This document shows, in pieces, positions 27,372 to 32,000 of a stretch of 32,000 nt of DNA. The position numbers and the translations under genes are program-made. This DNA is from Zestosphaera tikiterensis (GTDB taxonomy: Archaea > Thermoproteota > Thermoprotei_A > Sulfolobales > NBVN01). The number at the start of each line of letters is the position of its first letter. The stretch's first letter is position 1. Location: NCBI GenBank assembly GCA_003056265.1, contig NBVN01000003.1, positions 30,001 to 62,000 on the forward strand, given 5' to 3'. The notes below the pieces were generated by a model that saw nothing but the letters and a program-made list of their open reading frames with translations, was not told the origin of the DNA and did no database searches.

Positions 27372-28086
27372 GTATTAATATACGTGATTTCTCTAATAAT
27401 TTCGCTCTCTGCATAAGTAGTTGCGAAAACCTTGGGCAACGAACGGTACATGATCCACAACGAATGCATTTTTCAGGTATGAGATCTGGATGGCCTTCAA
27501 TCATTTGCAGAGCGTTGGTCGGGCAGGACAGCACACATGCCCCACATCCCACGCATAATCCAGTCAACACAATCTCATCAATTAAATCGAAACCACTTAA
27601 TTTGGAAGTGTAGGAAGAGGCTTTGAATAAATCTAGGAAATAACCTCTTCCTTGTTTAATGTTACTCAATAATGAGATAAGTGTTTGCGGAGCTGGTGGG
27701 CAACCGGGGATAGAGTAATCTACATCAATGAGCTTGGTTATTGACGTAAATTTTCTGTGTTCAGGCATCGGTTCTTGCCCTCCTCTAGCGTACAGCGTTA
27801 TTCCGCCAACACTAGCGCATGAACCATAAGCTATTACTATCTTAGCGTTTTCTCTTATTTTCCTTAAGGTCTCAACGTGTCTAACACTATCTAAGCATAT
27901 CGAACCTGTAAGTACTGCGTAATCATATGACCTATTCAGGTCTACTGATCCTAAGTAACGAGATGATACATTAACTATTTGAGAAAGTTGTACTATGACG
28001 CGAATGATTGATAAAGGACATCCTTCACATCCACCAAAATCATATATGAGGAGCTCGGGCTTAGTTCTTTGGGACAAACACCTCAC
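27343..28086 (-). CDS. [NiFe]-hydrogenase small subunit, FrhG-like, with C-terminal 2x[4Fe-4S] ferredoxin domain
   Basis: 247 aa. The proximal-cluster ligands are 'GGCEGC', 'GSCASVGG' and 'IPGCPP'. These are followed by 'CVGCGACVLSCP' and 'CIRCGSCTVRCP'. Confidence 0.8.
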   Translation of the reverse strand: MRCLSQRTKPELLIYDFGGCEGCPLSIIRVIVQLSQIVNVSSRYLGSVDLNRSYDYAVLTGSICLDSVRHVETLRKIRENAKIVIAYGSCASVGGITLYARGGQEPMPEHRKFTSITKLIDVDYSIPGCPPAPQTLISLLSNIKQGRGYFLDLFKASSYTSKLSGFDLIDEIVLTGLCVGCGACVLSCPTNALQMIEGHPDLIPEKCIRCGSCTVRCPRFSQLLMQRAKLLEKSRILIRGVSGEKHG

Positions 28087-28087
28087 C

Positions 28088-29293
28088 TTAGGATAACCTT
28101 ATTATATGCGTCGCACATGGAACGCATGGATCATATATCCTCGGTACTAAGTCAGCATATTCTTCACGAATACTTATAGCTGCATTCTCTATATGTGGAA
28201 TATTAAACATCGTTGGAACAATTATTTTATATTGTTTGACTCTACCGTTATCATCTAGTTCAACAGTGTGAATAAGGGTGCCTCTAGGTGCTTCGTACAC
28301 TCCAATACCTCTTCCTCCTCTGTAAATTAGCACCCTAGTAAATGTTGGCTCTCTTAACTCAATTTTATTTAACAACTCAAGAATTCTTTCTATATCTATT
28401 TCTATTTCTTTAAAACGAGCGAGCTGGATATCCCAAAGGGTATTCCCTGAGAAATCTTTATATATGGATAGTCTTGCCCTAGGTCCTGTCTCAACCTCTT
28501 TGCCATCATATAATGCTATCATACTCGTAGATCGCCCTATATTCCCCGGTATTTCTTTTCCTTTATATTCTTCGTATCGTTTTACATAGACTTTATCAAC
28601 ATCGATGTTGTACTTATCACCGTAGAATAGATGTGTTGCGAGATATTTAGTTTGATACTTCCTACTTTTAAGAAAGTCTACCTTTTCAGTATAGTTGCTG
28701 GGAAGGTCTTTAAGCAATGATCGATAGTCTTGAGAGAGTGTATTAAGTTCTTCAGTAATCTTTGAGAGTGCTTCCTCACTAGGCTTTTTTAAAACACCTC
28801 CTATAACGATGTAGTTGGGATGTGTGGTTGAGCCCCCTAGTTTTTCTAAAACACCTGATATCGTATTATAGAGCTTTATTACCCTGAGGGAGTATTCTCT
28901 AGTTAAACTGTGAGGAACAATATCAGGGAGGATAAGGATTAGATGAAGTAAATGGCTTTGAATGCGATTCACAAGGCCAATCGCTTCACGTAGTAATCTA
29001 CCGTTGTAGGGGGGTACTATACCCATAGCATCTTCAAACGCTTCGGAAGAAGCTATTCCATGCGCTGCATGGCAAATCCCACAAATCCTCATCGTAGCAT
29101 TTATAACGAAAACAGGGTTTTTCCCTAATACGAGTTTTTCAAATCCTCTAACAGGAGCCGTTGTTATAAAATAGGCGTCACGAACATATCCATCGCTACT
29201 AATAACTAAGTATTCAGCTTCGCCACCTACGCGGTTTAACTCTAATACCCTATCTGCCGATGTTTTAATAGCCGACGTCCTACACCATGTTAG
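28088..29293 (-). CDS. [NiFe]-hydrogenase large subunit, FrhA-like (group 3), with unresolved start
   Basis: The Ni-Fe ligand motifs are 'RICGICHAAH' and the C-terminal 'DPCVPCATH'. Also present are 'QSHLLHL', 'HPNYIVIGG' and 'APRGTLIH'. The frame is open up to 29293 and encodes the conserved 'APVRGFEKLVLGK' upstream of the track's ATG (29092). There is no in-frame ATG/GTG/TTG in that upstream part (see findings). Confidence 0.85.
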   Translation of the reverse strand, partial: LTWCRTSAIKTSADRVLELNRVGGEAEYLVISSDGYVRDAYFITTAPVRGFEKLVLGKNPVFVINATMRICGICHAAHGIASSEAFEDAMGIVPPYNGRLLREAIGLVNRIQSHLLHLILILPDIVPHSLTREYSLRVIKLYNTISGVLEKLGGSTTHPNYIVIGGVLKKPSEEALSKITEELNTLSQDYRSLLKDLPSNYTEKVDFLKSRKYQTKYLATHLFYGDKYNIDVDKVYVKRYEEYKGKEIPGNIGRSTSMIALYDGKEVETGPRARLSIYKDFSGNTLWDIQLARFKEIEIDIERILELLNKIELREPTFTRVLIYRGGRGIGVYEAPRGTLIHTVELDDNGRVKQYKIIVPTMFNIPHIENAAISIREEYADLVPRIYDPCVPCATHIIRLS

Positions 29294-29810
29294 TCAATAA
29301 CGTTCAATTTAAAAGCTTTGATGCTTTAATCAGCAATGTAGAATATTTTTCATTATCGTTGTTGAATTTAGTAAATTTCATGTATAAAAAGGAGAGTTTC
29401 GCATAAGAAATTAACGTATCGTATATAACAACATCAACACAGACTTTAATAATAAAACTTTACTTTTAAAGCGAAGCTTAGCATGCTTGCTAAAGAAAAT
29501 GAAATGCTATAGGCAGGAAGCAGTGTTTAGTTGTGTTGGTAAGGTGGTGTTACTCCTTAGCTTATTGTTTTGAATGGTTGGGATATTATTTCAGCTACGG
29601 CGTTATGACGTCACTGCTTTACTACAGCCATGAATTCTAAGCATTCCTTCAGATATTGCTAACTCTAGTTTTAGTTTTTAGTTATATACACGCCTTACCA
29701 ACCTTCAACGAAGCGGTTTTAACTGTGGATAACGCGGGAGTTATTTATTAAGGCGTGTTCGCCTATTCACTCGTGTAGTGTGGTTAAGAGTTTAACGACG
29801 GTTTGGTGTT

Positions 29811-31400
29811 GTGGGGATGGGTGAGGAGTTTTTCGAGAGGTTGCTTTTGAGGACGTCTAAAGATACTGTGGTTGTTTTCGCTGGTAACTTACTTTCTGTG
29901 TTGATTCTTGCGTTGTCAGCGATTATCGTTGCTAGGTTTTTAGGTCCTGAAGGCTACGGTGTTTACTCGGTTTCACTGGTTGTTTCTTCTATAGTTATGA
30001 TTTTCTCAGATTTCGGTGTTGACGCTGCTTTAGTTAAGTTTGTATCTAAGTTTAGAGCTTTAAACCGCGATGACTTAGTTAAGGCTGTGGTGGTTAAGTC
30101 CTTAACCGTTAAGATCCTGTTAAGCGCTTTCTTAACAGTTCTTAACTTTATCTTAGCTAGAGAGCTCTCTAACTACCTCATAGGTAGGCCGGAGCTCGCG
30201 GACTACGTTAGGTTGACTTCACCGTTGATTTTAGGTCAGGTTTTGATGAATACTTCCTTAGCTACTTTCATAGCTTTAGGTTTAAGTGTGAGGAGGGCTT
30301 CCACGCAAGTAGCTCAAGCAGCGCTTAAACTTGCTTTAAGCCCTACCTTAATCATACTTGGCTTAGGTGTTTTAGGGGCTTTAGTAGGTCATGTCTTAAG
30401 CTACTTCGTTGTAGGCATTGCTTCAGCTTTATTCGTTGTTAAGTACGTAGGTTCTATAAAGAAACACTTAAGCAACGATTTAATCGGTGTTAACGAGCTC
30501 TTCAGGTATGGATTGCCTCTATTTATATCTGGTTTTATAGGTACTTTACTTAGTAGGTATCAATACGTTTTACTAGCTTTAAACGCGGGCGACGTTGAGA
30601 TAGGGAATGTGCAGGCAGCCACTCAATTCGCAACTCTCTTATCACTTACTACAACACCCTTTTCAATAACTTTATTCCCTATGTTCTCAAGCTTAAGCGT
30701 TGAAACACACCGTGAGGAGATAAGCAAGTACTTCAACGCGGTCCTCAAGTACATGTCTTTATTTACGATTCCCCTCTCGCTTTTCATGGCTGTTTTCTCA
30801 ACGGATGTGGTTAGGCTTATATACGGCCGTACGTATACCTTAGCCCCAGAGTACCTTACCCTAATTTCTTTAGGGTATCTATACGCTCCTCTATCAACGG
30901 CTTTAGGCGCTTTAATACCTGGGTTGGGAGCAACTAATTACGTAATGTATTCCTCACTTATTCAGGCGTTGGTGATGACGCCCGCGGCTTACGCTTTAAT
31001 AAGTGGGTTCGGCGCTTCAGGCTATGCCTTAACGTTAGCTTTAGCCGGTATCCCGCCACTTACCTTCATGGTTTACGTAGTTATTAAGAAGGTTGGGTTG
31101 AGGGTTGACTGGCTTTGCTTGGTGAAGGTTTTCACAGTATCTTTAATCTCAACCATTCCTTACTCGGCGTTGCTTATGTTACACGTAAATTACGTAGTGA
31201 GGCTTGCTTTAGAGGTTATCGCGTTCTTAACGACTTACTTAACGTTGGTTCCGTTGATTGGGCTTCTTGAGTTAAGGGATGTGGAGTTGATGAGGAGGTC
31301 TTTAGGTCGTTTACCTCTGTTTGGTGTGGTTGTTAACGTGTTGCTTGACGTTGAGGTTAAGGTGATTTCCTTAAGGGTTAAATCCCGAAAAGAAACTTAA
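29811..31400 (+). CDS. Polysaccharide/oligosaccharide flippase (MOP superfamily, Wzx-like)
   Basis: 529 aa with about 14 TM segments. The N-terminus 'VVVFAGNLLSVLILALSAIIVARFLGPEGYGVYSVSL' is typical of the Polysacc_synt family. The start is GTG at 29811 or ATG at 29817. Confidence 0.75.
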   Translation: MGMGEEFFERLLLRTSKDTVVVFAGNLLSVLILALSAIIVARFLGPEGYGVYSVSLVVSSIVMIFSDFGVDAALVKFVSKFRALNRDDLVKAVVVKSLTVKILLSAFLTVLNFILARELSNYLIGRPELADYVRLTSPLILGQVLMNTSLATFIALGLSVRRASTQVAQAALKLALSPTLIILGLGVLGALVGHVLSYFVVGIASALFVVKYVGSIKKHLSNDLIGVNELFRYGLPLFISGFIGTLLSRYQYVLLALNAGDVEIGNVQAATQFATLLSLTTTPFSITLFPMFSSLSVETHREEISKYFNAVLKYMSLFTIPLSLFMAVFSTDVVRLIYGRTYTLAPEYLTLISLGYLYAPLSTALGALIPGLGATNYVMYSSLIQALVMTPAAYALISGFGASGYALTLALAGIPPLTFMVYVVIKKVGLRVDWLCLVKVFTVSLISTIPYSALLMLHVNYVVRLALEVIAFLTTYLTLVPLIGLLELRDVELMRRSLGRLPLFGVVVNVLLDVEVKVISLRVKSRKET

Positions 31401-31938
31401 GCGTTAGGCTTAACCCAGCTGAAGTAAGTATAGCTACTATAGGGTGTTGATTTAATGCGTAAACTATAAGGAAGGCTATAACGCCTATGGCTAGCGAAAT
31501 TAAGTCTAACACACCGTTTTTAATGAGAACCGTCTGACCTACTTTAAGTAAGGCGATAAATATTAAAGCAACTACTGCGGCGTTAATACCTCTAAATAAA
31601 ACCTTAGCTAACGGCGTGTCTAAATATTTCGAAAGTCCGGCGGCTATGGCTAAGATCACTAAATAAGCAGGTAGTACAACACCTAAGGTAGCCGTTAAGG
31701 AACCTAAAACCCCGCATAGCTTATAGCCTATGTACGTAGCGGAGTTTATAGCTACAGGGCCCGGAGTGCTTTCAGCTATGCCTAAGATCTCAACGAATTC
31801 CTCATCGCTTAACCACTTATTGATTTCGACTAGTTCTTTATGTAGTAAAGCAATACCTCCGTAACCACCGCCGAACATGAACAAACCGATTTTAAAGAAG
31901 ACTATGAAGAGCTCAAGTGGGGAAACCAGCTTTAACAC
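31378..31938 (-). CDS. Short-chain chromate ion transporter (CHR) family protein
   Basis: 186 aa. 'FGGGYGGIALLHKELVEINKWLSDEEFVEILGIAESTPGPVAINSATYIGY' is the CHR signature. It is the single-domain form. Its 3' end overlaps the flippase gene convergently by 23 nt. Confidence 0.85.
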   Translation of the reverse strand: MLKLVSPLELFIVFFKIGLFMFGGGYGGIALLHKELVEINKWLSDEEFVEILGIAESTPGPVAINSATYIGYKLCGVLGSLTATLGVVLPAYLVILAIAAGLSKYLDTPLAKVLFRGINAAVVALIFIALLKVGQTVLIKNGVLDLISLAIGVIAFLIVYALNQHPIVAILTSAGLSLTLKFLFGI

Positions 31939-32000
31939 CCAAGTAGTATAGTTGGGTGGGTTGTTTAAAACGTTTATATTTATTAGGGTATGCCCAACCT

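Noticed and set aside
29505-29525. SRP-RNA-like 'GGCAGGAAGCAG' string in the hydrogenase-flippase spacer
   Set aside because: It is only a short resemblance to the helix-8 GGAAGCAG motif. The surrounding sequence is A/T-rich, unlike the GC-rich structural RNAs of this genome, and has no extended helices.
29688-29758. 10-bp inverted repeat ACACGCCTTA ... TAAGGCGTGT upstream of the flippase gene
   Set aside because: Several 10-bp inverted repeats within 100 nt of each other are expected by chance in 32 kb (order of 3). It is not extendable and not repeated elsewhere in the window.
29294-29810. 517-nt A/T-rich spacer as a possible hidden gene or mobile-element end
   Set aside because: There is no ORF longer than about 20 codons on either strand, no terminal inverted repeats and no integrase or transposase fragments. 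It is best explained as divergent promoter and regulatory DNA for the hydrogenase cluster and the flippase gene.

Overview
This is a compact, gene-dense archaeal chromosomal segment of about 42% GC by eye. It has very GC-rich tRNAs, a tRNA intron, GatDE and A-type ATP synthase genes, which points to a (hyper)thermophile, probably a TACK/Thermoproteota-like lineage; the taxon cannot be fixed without a search. Most of the window is housekeeping: glycine-cleavage P-protein subunits (gcvPA/PB), gatD-gatE, a complete and tightly coupled A1AO ATP synthase operon (atpHIKECFABD), uppS, trpS and four tRNA genes, all with encoded CCA. The right third holds energy and redox genes: a three-gene proton-translocating transhydrogenase (pntAA-pntAB-pntB), convergent with an FrhA/FrhG/FrhB-like [NiFe]-hydrogenase cluster, then a Wzx-like flippase and a short CHR transporter. 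I saw no CRISPR array, integrase, transposase or recognisable defence system. Six observations deserve a second look. (1) The ATP synthase proteolipid is a fused double hairpin with four TM helices that keeps only one ion-binding carboxylate. (2) The F420-hydrogenase-like cluster has no frhD or hyp genes nearby. (3) Its large-subunit gene has about 67 conserved N-terminal codons upstream of the first in-frame ATG, a well-placed ATG-GTG-TAG one frame off, and a non-canonical L1 motif. (4) A frameshifted SAM-methyltransferase remnant lies beside tRNA-Ile. (5) The tRNA-Gly (intron) and tRNA-Glu genes are separated by only 3 nt. (6) There is a truncated TFB paralog. All functional calls rest on motif recognition from the translations, not on searches.
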